DNA of 39,489 bases from Candidatus Altiarchaeales archaeon (GTDB taxonomy: Archaea; Altiarchaeota; Altiarchaeia; IMC4; SCGC-AAA252-I15). Both the position numbers and the translations under genes were made by a program. The DNA lies in the NCBI GenBank assembly GCA_014727915.1, contig WJMO01000012.1:1-39489 (forward strand), read 5' to 3'. How positions within the stretch are numbered: the first letter of the stretch is position 1; each line of letters begins with the position of its first letter. The notes under the pieces were generated by a model. The model was given only the letters and a program-made list of their open reading frames with translations, ran no database searches and had not been told where the DNA came from. Positions 1-8,770 of this stretch are shown piece after piece.

Positions 1-2
1 CG

Positions 3-818
3 TTGGGTGAGGGTGCTTTTTGTTTGAGTGGTGGTAGTGCGGGTGTTTGTTCGTCTTCTTGTGGTGGTGATGTGGTTGGTGGGGCTTTTTTGGATTGTGA
101 TTCTGGTACGGGTGTGGTTGATTATTGTTGTTTGTGTGGGGGTAGCGCTCCGACCACTACCTTGTCCGGTCCTTCCACGACTTTATCCATACCTACCACT
201 ACCACCTTGCCTGGTGGTGTGGGTAATGATTTGTGCGAGACTAGCTTGTGGCCGGATGCTTTTTGCATAAGCGGCGGTACTTCGGTCGAATGCCTAGCGT
301 TGTGTGGCGGTATTGTGGATGGCGGGCTTTTCGTGGACTGTGACCCTAACACCGCGGTGGTTGATTATTGTTGTTTGTGTGGGGGTAGCGCTCCGACCAC
401 TACCTTGTCCGGTCCTTCCACGACTTTATCCATACCTACCACTACCACCTTGCCTGGTGCGGTGGTTTGTAGCGATTATTACGGGTCGAGTTCGGTTTGT
501 TCTTCCGGTATTGACGAGTGCGAGACCTACTGCAGGCTTATCAATTATCATGATTGGACCTTCCATGGGTCTGCCTTGTGCAACCCAGGAAATCCGAGCA
601 AGGGATGCTGCGAATGCGCGGGTGGCGCCGTCACCACTACCACCTTGCCTGGTGCGGTGGTTTGTAGCGATTATTACGGGTCGAGTTCGGTTTGTTCTTC
701 CGGTATTGACGAGTGCGAGACCTACTGCAGGCTCCTAAATTATTTTGATTGGACCTTCCATCAGTCTATTTTATGCAATCCGGGAGATCCGGCAGATGGA
801 TGCTGCGAATGCTATTAG
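3..818 (+). CDS. Cys-rich modular repeat protein with Thr/Pro-rich linkers, probably secreted or surface-located (5' end outside window)
   Basis: Frame open from the window edge to TAG at 816-818. Two Cys-rich module types, each present twice, separated by PTTTLSGPSTTLSIPTTTTLPG / TTTTLPG linkers. Confidence 0.75.
   Translation: MGEGAFCLSGGSAGVCSSSCGGDVVGGAFLDCDSGTGVVDYCCLCGGSAPTTTLSGPSTTLSIPTTTTLPGGVGNDLCETSLWPDAFCISGGTSVECLALCGGIVDGGLFVDCDPNTAVVDYCCLCGGSAPTTTLSGPSTTLSIPTTTTLPGAVVCSDYYGSSSVCSSGIDECETYCRLINYHDWTFHGSALCNPGNPSKGCCECAGGAVTTTTLPGAVVCSDYYGSSSVCSSGIDECETYCRLLNYFDWTFHQSILCNPGDPADGCCECY
114..459 (+). repeat. Exact 103-bp direct repeat (114-216 and 357-459, period 243 bp)
   Basis: Identical sequence gtggttgattattgttgtttgtgtggg...accaccttgcctggtg read at both positions. 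Confidence 0.9.
438..733 (+). repeat. Exact 101-bp direct repeat (438-538 and 633-733, period 195 bp)
   Basis: Identical sequence accactaccaccttgcctggtgcggtgg...gagacctactgcaggct at both positions; the copies diverge after that. Confidence 0.9.
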
Positions 819-848
819 AAATAACCCCCATCTAACAGTTCTTCCTAG

Positions 849-2663
849 CTATGTTATCGCAGCCTTTATGGTGATGACTTTCCCCATTCCGTGTTCCATT
901 GTCAGCCGGTTTGCGGTCGCGTCCAGTTCGGGAATGGTCTCATGCCGGTATGAGAACACGTAGACACTCCTCCCCTCCTTGATATGCTGTCCGGCCAAGT
1001 ACTCCGCCGACTTACAGTCGTCCCGTTCGCAGTCCAAAAGCACCACATCCTTCCCCAGCTTCAATGGCGCTAGCACGTTCGAGTTTCGCCGGTGGTAGTA
1101 GATGACGACCGAATAGTTCCCTACCCCCGCCCCCACGTTTTCAGCCACACCCTCCAGGAGGTCCTGGGTGTTCTTCTTAACGATGAAGTCCGCCGAAGAC
1201 GTCACCACCGAATAGGAGAGCGCGAACACCAACACCCACGTGAACGCCTCCGCACCCCACACCCTATGTGAGCGCGCAATCGCAGCGGCCGCCAAGACCA
1301 CGCTCGTGATCACCGGCACGGGACGGTAGAACCAGTCGCTCATGTAGTATCCGTTGTTCGAGACAAAAGGCCACAGCACAGCTGCCAACACCAGAACCGC
1401 GACAGTGATGTTCTTTCGATTCGCTCTGATATGCTCGGCTGCCAACTCTATAATGGAATAAGCTGTCAGAACCGAAAGAAACGGAAGGGATTCTATGAAG
1501 TATCTCATGTTGAGGGCGTCGCCTTCCCCGCCGTGGTTGGGCATGAACGCGAAAAAAACGGGCGCGACAGCAGCCAACCCGAACAAGAACAATACCTTCT
1601 CCCTGTATTTCCCAACTTTCAAAAGGGGAGACATGAGCGCAAGCACGAAAACAGGCGTGGACTGTAGTAGGGCCTTCTTCAACCCCACCTCCTGGTTCCC
1701 TGGGAACATGGTAAGGTCAAATACGTCCGCGCAGAACGTCAACAACGCAACCCTGGAAAAATCGAAGAACAAACCCACCACCAAAAGCGTCAAAGCGGCT
1801 CCCGTGAGCATTCTTCGATCTCTGACTATCCTACGGTGAGCCCCGGTTCTCAGGATCAGATATGCTAAGACGGCTGCGGCAACTCCAGGAACCAGAACTA
1901 CAGGCTTCAGCAGCCCGAACATGTCCCGGTTACCGTATCCGGTCATCAGAACGTCGCCGAACATGAGGTTGTTTATGCCTGCAAGACCTGCCACGGGCAA
2001 CGACATGCCCACGATGAAACGACCTACCTTACCCCTGTGCTCCAGGAGCATCCACGCGAAAAGTATGAAAGCGTATATGAGGTTCTGGTACCTGACCCCA
2101 ACCGCCACACCAGCTATTATCCCGCAGGCGAACGAAGCCCCCTGAAACCTGCCAACCGACAGACCAAAATACGCTGAAACGGCTACCAGGAACATGGACA
2201 GGCTGTGGGGCCACACGGCAACCGCATAGGAGGAAGCATAGGTGCAGAACGTGAAGATAGCAACCCCCAGAAAACCGACCCGTCCGTCGAACGCGTCCCT
2301 GCCTATGATGAAAACCAGATATACGGTCCCGAGGAAGGCCAGGATGTTCATCAACACAAGACCCTCCACTGACAATACAATGTAGAACGGGTATGAGAGT
2401 ATCGTGTACAGCTGAGGATATAAACCCACTATCTTCGCATCATCCCCTTCGCCGAATATGTTGGAAGTGCCGACCATATACTCCACTGACATGACGTCGC
2501 CCATGCCGTTCTTTATCTCGAAGCCGTTGCCCTCGGCGAAGTTCTTAGCCATCAGCATATACGTCACTTCATCGCTGGCAGTCAGAGCAGTCTCGAAATT
2601 AAGGGCTAACAGAATGCCCAATCCGAATATGAACAGCAACAGCGCCTTCTCCTCCCCTTCCAT
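849..2663 (-). CDS. Multi-pass membrane glycosyltransferase, GT-C fold (ArnT/PMT-like)
   Basis: SDEVTY acidic motif after the first TM helix, many hydrophobic segments, RYQ and MRYF motifs. Start placed at ATG 2663 (GGTGA upstream); the ORF track TTG at 2699 is the alternative. Confidence 0.7.
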   Translation of the reverse strand: MEGEEKALLLFIFGLGILLALNFETALTASDEVTYMLMAKNFAEGNGFEIKNGMGDVMSVEYMVGTSNIFGEGDDAKIVGLYPQLYTILSYPFYIVLSVEGLVLMNILAFLGTVYLVFIIGRDAFDGRVGFLGVAIFTFCTYASSYAVAVWPHSLSMFLVAVSAYFGLSVGRFQGASFACGIIAGVAVGVRYQNLIYAFILFAWMLLEHRGKVGRFIVGMSLPVAGLAGINNLMFGDVLMTGYGNRDMFGLLKPVVLVPGVAAAVLAYLILRTGAHRRIVRDRRMLTGAALTLLVVGLFFDFSRVALLTFCADVFDLTMFPGNQEVGLKKALLQSTPVFVLALMSPLLKVGKYREKVLFLFGLAAVAPVFFAFMPNHGGEGDALNMRYFIESLPFLSVLTAYSIIELAAEHIRANRKNITVAVLVLAAVLWPFVSNNGYYMSDWFYRPVPVITSVVLAAAAIARSHRVWGAEAFTWVLVFALSYSVVTSSADFIVKKNTQDLLEGVAENVGAGVGNYSVVIYYHRRNSNVLAPLKLGKDVVLLDCERDDCKSAEYLAGQHIKEGRSVYVFSYRHETIPELDATANRLTMEHGMGKVITIKAAIT

Positions 2664-2702
2664 GGATGCATCACCGAACTTATACAAACTGTCTTTCAAT
2701 CA

Positions 2703-4571
2703 TTAAAACCTTTTCAACGGCTTTGATATGTTCTCCCGGTCCAAAAACGTCCGCGCCCAAAGCTCAAGGGATAGGAGGCTCCATATTTGATCCCGGTAGT
2801 TCCGTTCTCTCCTATGTTCAAGTATGTGCTTCACATAATCAATTTTCATCCAACCCCTCTCTTCGGTTAGGAGATAGTCTGAGACCCTGCTAAATTCCTC
2901 GTCGAACCAGTTGTCCAATGGCACGTCAAAACCGTGCTTCTTCCTTTCGCATATCCGGCTGGGAACAATGTCTCTGGCAGCCTCTTTGAAAACATGCTTT
3001 TCAACCATGCCCTTAAGCTTCATTCGACTGGGCACGCTGAACGCGTAATCCAGGAGCTCATGATCCAAGAAGGGAACGCGCGCCTCCAATGAGTTAGCCA
3101 TGGTCATCTTATCCACCTTCATCAGCAGGTCGTCTGGGAGCCATACTTTAGAGTCAGCGTAGAGCATCTGCTTCAGCAGATCAGAGTCCCCTGCATTTCT
3201 GAAGTGCTGGGAGTAGACGCTCGAACTGTATGCTCCCTCATCTAACTCGCGGCCGGTGAGCTCTCCCATCTCCTCCCGGTTGAAAACTGATATCCAGTCC
3301 ACATACCTGTCTTCCATGTTCTCCAGACTGCGCTCGAAGAACCTCCTGGCCTTGCTCCTCGGCATGAAACCAACCACGCCTGGCATGATATTATCCTTGA
3401 ACATTCCAGGCAGCAGATCATATACTCTGCTGAATCTCCTGTTAATCATCACTGCCTTGTACCTGCCATAGCCTGCGAACAATTCGTCAGCGCCCTCTCC
3501 TGTCAAAACGACCTTCACCCTCTTCCTTGCGAACTCTGACAGTATGTGTGTCGGCACCGCTGCAGAGTCACCCAGTGGCTCGTCGAAGTGCCAGACGATT
3601 TCTGGCAGCAGGTCCAGGGAGTTCGATTCCACAATGAGCTCATGATGTTCAGTGCCAAAAGCTTCAGCAACAATTTTCGCATATGTGACTTCATCCACTC
3701 CCCCACCAACTCCGAATCCAACAGAGAACGTTTTCACTGGTTCCCCCATCAACTGCGACATCAACCCTACAATGGCTGAAGAGTCCACCCCACCTGAGAG
3801 GAACGCCCCCAATGGAACGTCACTCATGAGTCTATTTTCAACGGAGTCCCTCAACCTTTTGATGATCTCGCCGGTAATGTCGCCTGAAGCATCCTTGGAA
3901 GAAAGGTCCACATCCCAGTACCTGGACACCTCAACACCCCCTGGGCAGACTTTCATGTAGTGGCCGGGCAGTAGCTTCATAACACCCTCGTATATGGTCT
4001 TGGGCGCCGGCACATACCTGTAGACAAGATAATCAATCAGCGCTGAGCCATCAACTTCCCTCCTGAAGCCCGGATAGAGGAGTATGGACTTGATCTCACT
4101 TGCGAAAACCAGCGCATCCCCCACCTCCGCATAATAGAGCGGCTTGATCCCAACCCCGTCCCTGGCAAGGTAAAGCTCTTTCTTGTTGCTGTCCCACAAT
4201 GCGAAGCCGAACATCCCATCCAACCTGTTTATGAACCCAATACCCCACTCCTCATAGGCGTGCACCAGGGTCTCAGTGTCCGAGTCAGTGTAGTACCGGT
4301 GTCCTCTGGACTCCAACTCCCCCCTGAGAGTGGCGTGGTTGTAGGTCTCCCCATTATAGACTATCCACACCGACTCGTCCTCGTTGTGAATCGGCTGCCG
4401 GCCCGACTCCAAGTCCACGATCGAAAGACGCCTATGGCCCAGGGCAACGTGCTCGTCGTCGTAGAATCCGCTGTCGTCAGGCCCCCGGTGACGGATCAAA
4501 CCTGTCATCCCCCTCACAGCCTGGGAATCGACACCCCCTCCAAACCCGCACAAGCCCGCTATCCCGCACAT
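2703..4571 (-). CDS. asnB: Asparagine synthase (glutamine-hydrolysing) family amidotransferase
   Basis: N-terminal MCGIAG (Ntn Cys), HRGPD, HRRLSIVD, LSGGVDSS, TGEGADELFAGY, SLEARVPFLD. Confidence 0.95.
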   Translation of the reverse strand: MCGIAGLCGFGGGVDSQAVRGMTGLIRHRGPDDSGFYDDEHVALGHRRLSIVDLESGRQPIHNEDESVWIVYNGETYNHATLRGELESRGHRYYTDSDTETLVHAYEEWGIGFINRLDGMFGFALWDSNKKELYLARDGVGIKPLYYAEVGDALVFASEIKSILLYPGFRREVDGSALIDYLVYRYVPAPKTIYEGVMKLLPGHYMKVCPGGVEVSRYWDVDLSSKDASGDITGEIIKRLRDSVENRLMSDVPLGAFLSGGVDSSAIVGLMSQLMGEPVKTFSVGFGVGGGVDEVTYAKIVAEAFGTEHHELIVESNSLDLLPEIVWHFDEPLGDSAAVPTHILSEFARKRVKVVLTGEGADELFAGYGRYKAVMINRRFSRVYDLLPGMFKDNIMPGVVGFMPRSKARRFFERSLENMEDRYVDWISVFNREEMGELTGRELDEGAYSSSVYSQHFRNAGDSDLLKQMLYADSKVWLPDDLLMKVDKMTMANSLEARVPFLDHELLDYAFSVPSRMKLKGMVEKHVFKEAARDIVPSRICERKKHGFDVPLDNWFDEEFSRVSDYLLTEERGWMKIDYVKHILEHRRERNYRDQIWSLLSLELWARTFLDRENISKPLKRF

Positions 4572-4581
4572 TTTATATAAA
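4572..4581. promoter_or_regulatory. TATA-like box TTTATATAAA in the divergent asnB / 4621 intergenic region
   Basis: Palindromic AT-rich box in a 49-bp divergent gap. Confidence 0.45.
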
Positions 4582-4620
4582 CCACGCTAATGTATACAAC
4601 TAGAGTACAGCCAATATAAA

Positions 4621-5181
4621 ATGAACATCCTCTCCACAGTCGGCCAGTTCATAAAGAACTACATCATGCGCTTGAAGGTCTTCTACGACAAAGGCAGAGA
4701 ATACTACATGCTACTCTTCGGTTTGATAACCGTGTCGACTCTGATAGGCGTATACATGCCTCAACTCTACAAATTAGCGGTCAAGATGGGCATACAAATA
4801 TCGGAGACCTACCTCTCGCTTATATTGATAACCGTAATAGTCGTCGCGGTCAACATAATCATACTACTCATCGGATGGGTGAGCTACGCAAGGGACTTCA
4901 CCCAACAGGAGCTGTTCTGGCGCGACATACAACACCCAAACAACAGGCTTTCAATGACACATCTGGCTCGCATGTACAAGCAGTTCGATAAGCTGTCAGA
5001 GGGCATAGCACAGGCTTTACCCGAGGGTGAGAGGGAGAAGTACCTCCAGGAATGGGCTGCCATCAGAGCAGAGTACCCGTTGGGTCTGAAGATAGGAGAG
5101 CGGGTTATCTTTGACATAGACTCCCTAACACCCGCGGAACTGGAGGCCATCCTCAAGAAGGCGAAGTCCATGCGCAAATGA
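4621..5181 (+). CDS. Hypothetical membrane protein (2 TM helices)
   Basis: 186-aa ORF with two hydrophobic stretches; co-oriented with, and 22 bp upstream of, the sulfatase-like gene. Confidence 0.7.
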   Translation: MNILSTVGQFIKNYIMRLKVFYDKGREYYMLLFGLITVSTLIGVYMPQLYKLAVKMGIQISETYLSLILITVIVVAVNIIILLIGWVSYARDFTQQELFWRDIQHPNNRLSMTHLARMYKQFDKLSEGIAQALPEGEREKYLQEWAAIRAEYPLGLKIGERVIFDIDSLTPAELEAILKKAKSMRK

Positions 5182-5203
5182 GAAATCACCCAGATACAGG
5201 ATA

Positions 5204-6520
5204 ATGAAACCCAACATAGTCTTCATATTAGCTGACGCTGTCAGAGCCCGGAACATCGGCTGCTACGGATTCGACGACATAACCCCGAACATAGACTCCC
5301 TGGCGGGAGAGGGGGTGATGTTCGAGGACGCATACTCGTGCATAAACGCCACCGACCCGTCCCTGACCACCATCTTCTCAGGTAAATACCCGCGGGGCCA
5401 TGGGATGCTGGACCATGGCATCCTTGTGACAGAAAAATCACTCCAAAGGCTTGCTGAAAGCGGCACAGCCCTCCTGCCCGAGCTCCTGAAGGGCATGGGC
5501 TACCGGACCCTCGCAGTCGACTGGCTGGGAAGATGGCACCGGCGGGGCTACGACCACTACGAGGGCATAAGGGAGATGTCCTCCGAGGGCATGGACGTGA
5601 TAGAACGGGCGGACACCGTCAGTGACAGGGCGATACACCTAATGGAAGAAAACAAGAAACATCCCTTTTTCCTCTTCCTCCACTACTGGGACACGCACAT
5701 GCCATATGACCCGCCACGGGAGAACATCCCCGAGATTCCCTCAGAAGAACTGGCCATCGAAGCCCTGGACTCGATAAGATCCAAACATTACCGGGAGAAG
5801 ATGAAGAGGATTGTTTCAGATGCCGGCGGATTCAAGAATATGGTCTCAAGATACTATGGCACGATAAACTTCGTGGACCAGGAGATGGGAAGGCTGATCG
5901 AACGCATGAAAGACATTGGACTATACGACGATTCGATCATTGTCTTCACATCCGACCACGGGGAGAGTCTGACCGAGCACGGAATATTCTTCGACCACCA
6001 TGGCCTATACGATGTCAGCATACACGTGCCCCTAATCTTGAAATACCCGGGATCCCCGAAAGGCAGGGAAGTGCCCGGTTTTGTCCAGCACTTCGACCTA
6101 ATGCCCACGATACTCGATCTGCTGGAACGCCCACAAAACGGCATGCTGGATTTCAACGGCAAGACCATGCTACCGCTCATAAACGATCTCGACCCATTGC
6201 ATTCGGCTGTTCACGCGGAGGAGCATCAAACCCAACATAAGGTGGCGGTAAGGACCAAAGACTTCAAGTACATACGCGCCCTATCCCCAAAGGGGAACCG
6301 GTGCAGGTACTGTGAAGTTGAACATTCTGAAACCGAGGAACTTTACGACCTGAAGAAAGACCCGGGCGAGACGGAAAACATAACAGGCGAAAGGGAGGAT
6401 GTGAAGGAGGAACTCGCGGGAATACAGAGAGAATACCTAAAATCCTTCGAGAAAGCAACGGCAAATAGCGATAAATGGGACATACAAAAAATACTCGGAA
6501 AGCTCAAAACATCTATATAA
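5204..6520 (+). CDS. Sulfatase-like hydrolase/transferase (alkaline phosphatase superfamily), cytoplasmic
   Basis: KPNIVFILADAVRA, ATDPSLTTIFSG, FLFLHYWDTH, TSDHGE, HVPLI, ELYDLKKDPGE; no signal peptide. Confidence 0.88.
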   Translation: MKPNIVFILADAVRARNIGCYGFDDITPNIDSLAGEGVMFEDAYSCINATDPSLTTIFSGKYPRGHGMLDHGILVTEKSLQRLAESGTALLPELLKGMGYRTLAVDWLGRWHRRGYDHYEGIREMSSEGMDVIERADTVSDRAIHLMEENKKHPFFLFLHYWDTHMPYDPPRENIPEIPSEELAIEALDSIRSKHYREKMKRIVSDAGGFKNMVSRYYGTINFVDQEMGRLIERMKDIGLYDDSIIVFTSDHGESLTEHGIFFDHHGLYDVSIHVPLILKYPGSPKGREVPGFVQHFDLMPTILDLLERPQNGMLDFNGKTMLPLINDLDPLHSAVHAEEHQTQHKVAVRTKDFKYIRALSPKGNRCRYCEVEHSETEELYDLKKDPGETENITGEREDVKEELAGIQREYLKSFEKATANSDKWDIQKILGKLKTSI

Positions 6521-6556
6521 CCAAAATCAAATAACCATCAATAGGGTCGTTATCCA

Positions 6557-7732
6557 ATGGAAACAAGGAAAAGGGTGTGCTACCTGACATCACATTCCCC
6601 AGTATTCTCAAAGGAGGTCGGGGGAGCGGAAGCCCAGCTATACCTCATAGGCCAGCAACTCCTGGGAAAAGGGTGGGAATGCCATTATGCCATCAACAAC
6701 TGCGGTCAGAAGAACACCGAAACCATCGAAGGCATGGTCTTCCACAAGGTCCGAAGGCTTAACGTCCGGGAGATAATGGCTGGCACCTCCCATGAAAACA
6801 ACCCCCTAACCCGTCTCAGGAACATAACAACATCCATCATGGCGAATGCCGCGCGCACCCTGAACTTCGAAGCCTTGGAACATGCCGACGCCGACATATA
6901 CCACACACGTTGCGCCGGAAAGCATGTTGGATATGTGGGCATGCACGCCAAAAGAAGGAGAAAACCCTTCGTCTTCACAGTCGCTCACATAGACGACTGC
7001 ACAGTGTCAGGGCGGACATGGAGGGGGAGATGGTGGCTGGACCGTAGGATGTACCTCAAAGGCTTGAAGAGCGCCGACTCTGTAATCATCACATCGGAGT
7101 ATCTTAGAGAGCCCCTGGAGGAGAACTACAGGGGGGACGTCAGACTCATACGGTCAGGATATCCGATACCTGAAATATCCGGCAAGCCTGATGGAGGGCA
7201 TGTGCTGTGGGCTGCGAGGATGGTGGACTGGAAGCACCCCGAAATATACTTCGAAGTAGCCAAAGCCCTGCCAGAGTACGAGTTCGTCATGTTGGGCGGG
7301 GGCAGGGATTTCAGAAAAACGGAGAAATTCAACGGACATCAGGATATGAAGAGCATAGGGAACCTGCGCTTCATCGACTTCGTCCCGTTCAAAGAGGTGA
7401 ACACGTTCTTCCGCGAGGCGGCGGTCTTCGTCGACACATCCGACTCAGCAGGCTTCCCGAACACATTCATACAATCATGGATGCACGGGGTACCGACAGT
7501 CTCATTGGACGTGGACCCCGACTGCGTGATATGCGACAACAGGCTGGGATACCATTCCAAGACGGTCGACCAGATGGTCGAGGACGTCAGAGAACTGATG
7601 GAGAACACCGCACTACGGAGGAAGACCGGGAGGAGATGCCGCGAATACGCGGTCAAAAACCACGACATAAAAGACACTGCAGCGGAACATGACAGGCTAT
7701 ACACTGGGCTGGTCGAAGATGAGCGAAGCTAA
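6557..7732 (+). CDS. Glycosyltransferase family 4 (GT-B)
   Basis: GGAEAQ N-terminal motif, ARMVDWKHP, AGFPNTFIQSWMHGVPTV donor-binding region. Confidence 0.88.
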   Translation: METRKRVCYLTSHSPVFSKEVGGAEAQLYLIGQQLLGKGWECHYAINNCGQKNTETIEGMVFHKVRRLNVREIMAGTSHENNPLTRLRNITTSIMANAARTLNFEALEHADADIYHTRCAGKHVGYVGMHAKRRRKPFVFTVAHIDDCTVSGRTWRGRWWLDRRMYLKGLKSADSVIITSEYLREPLEENYRGDVRLIRSGYPIPEISGKPDGGHVLWAARMVDWKHPEIYFEVAKALPEYEFVMLGGGRDFRKTEKFNGHQDMKSIGNLRFIDFVPFKEVNTFFREAAVFVDTSDSAGFPNTFIQSWMHGVPTVSLDVDPDCVICDNRLGYHSKTVDQMVEDVRELMENTALRRKTGRRCREYAVKNHDIKDTAAEHDRLYTGLVEDERS

Positions 7733-8759
7733 GATGCAAAATAAAACGGTTGAAGCCAACTCAAAATTGTTGCATACTATCTTCTCCGATATGACGGATG
7801 AAACGATCATAGAGCATGAGTTGGTCCCTGAGGAGCGCTCTGAATACCTCCTCTCCCACATAGGATATCTGGCGAATAAGCATGATCCTTCAAAGTACAC
7901 GAACATACCTAACTGGCTAGATTCAATCGTAAACCATACAGGATTGAAAGACAAGAAGATCCTCGATATGGGCTGCGGATTCGGGGAGTGGGGTCTGATG
8001 CTGTCCAACTATGGCAACGAAGTCACTGGAATCACCATAACCGGCTTTGAAGCCCGTTTTCTCGAAAAAATAAAGAAAATCCACGCAGACCTGCTGGCGG
8101 AAAACGCCATTAGAATGGAACCGGTCGTTGGTGACGCCCTTGACCTGCCCTTTGAAGACAGCAGCTTTGACGTTGTCCTCTGCAACCAGTTCATATCACA
8201 CGTATCAGACCTCACCAGATCCTTTGAGGAGGCTAAGAGGGTCCTGAACGACAACGGACAGCTGATAGTCCTGGACAATAACAAGCACAACCTCCTCTAC
8301 CTCTGGAGGTACGCGCCCTTCCAGGAGATAATGAGAAAACAAGACAATACCTTCAACTCCCTGAGGGAGGGGATAATCAAAGAATATGCACTTGAACATC
8401 AGATGCGGCTGTCAGACGAGGACATAAGCCTGATCTCAGACCGGACTGCGGGTTATCTGAAAGACGAAATAATAGAAGTACTCGGAAGCATAAAGGACGG
8501 TGATGCTAGCATGAAAGCCGTCCTGCAGGGTCTGCCCAAAAGATTCAGGTATCGTAACCCGCTTACCGGATATTATGTGGAGCGATACTTCACCCCATCT
8601 GAAGTCGTTGGAAGAATGGAAAAACAGGGTTTTTCAGATATGCGCACCGTATACCCCCTGTCAAAGAACAGATTATCCAAACTCCCATTGATGCGGGACA
8701 TAGTTTTTAACACCGTCTGCGGGACATACCTGATATCAGCATCATGTGGAAAACAATAA
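7719..8759 (+). CDS. Class I SAM-dependent methyltransferase
   Basis: ILDMGCGFG, GDALDLPFEDSSFDVV, RVLNDNG. Start uncertain (7689, 7719 or 7734). Confidence 0.85.
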   Translation: MSEAKMQNKTVEANSKLLHTIFSDMTDETIIEHELVPEERSEYLLSHIGYLANKHDPSKYTNIPNWLDSIVNHTGLKDKKILDMGCGFGEWGLMLSNYGNEVTGITITGFEARFLEKIKKIHADLLAENAIRMEPVVGDALDLPFEDSSFDVVLCNQFISHVSDLTRSFEEAKRVLNDNGQLIVLDNNKHNLLYLWRYAPFQEIMRKQDNTFNSLREGIIKEYALEHQMRLSDEDISLISDRTAGYLKDEIIEVLGSIKDGDASMKAVLQGLPKRFRYRNPLTGYYVERYFTPSEVVGRMEKQGFSDMRTVYPLSKNRLSKLPLMRDIVFNTVCGTYLISASCGKQ

Positions 8760-8770
8760 TAGAAATTATC

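Noticed and set aside
114-733. Repeats as a CRISPR array
   Set aside because: Units are ~100 bp, in frame, two copies each, with no spacer structure or cas genes.
438-818. Diverged repeat pair as a DGR template/variable region
   Set aside because: Differences are not adenine-specific (many C/T and G/C changes), both copies are in one ORF, and there is no reverse transcriptase in the window.
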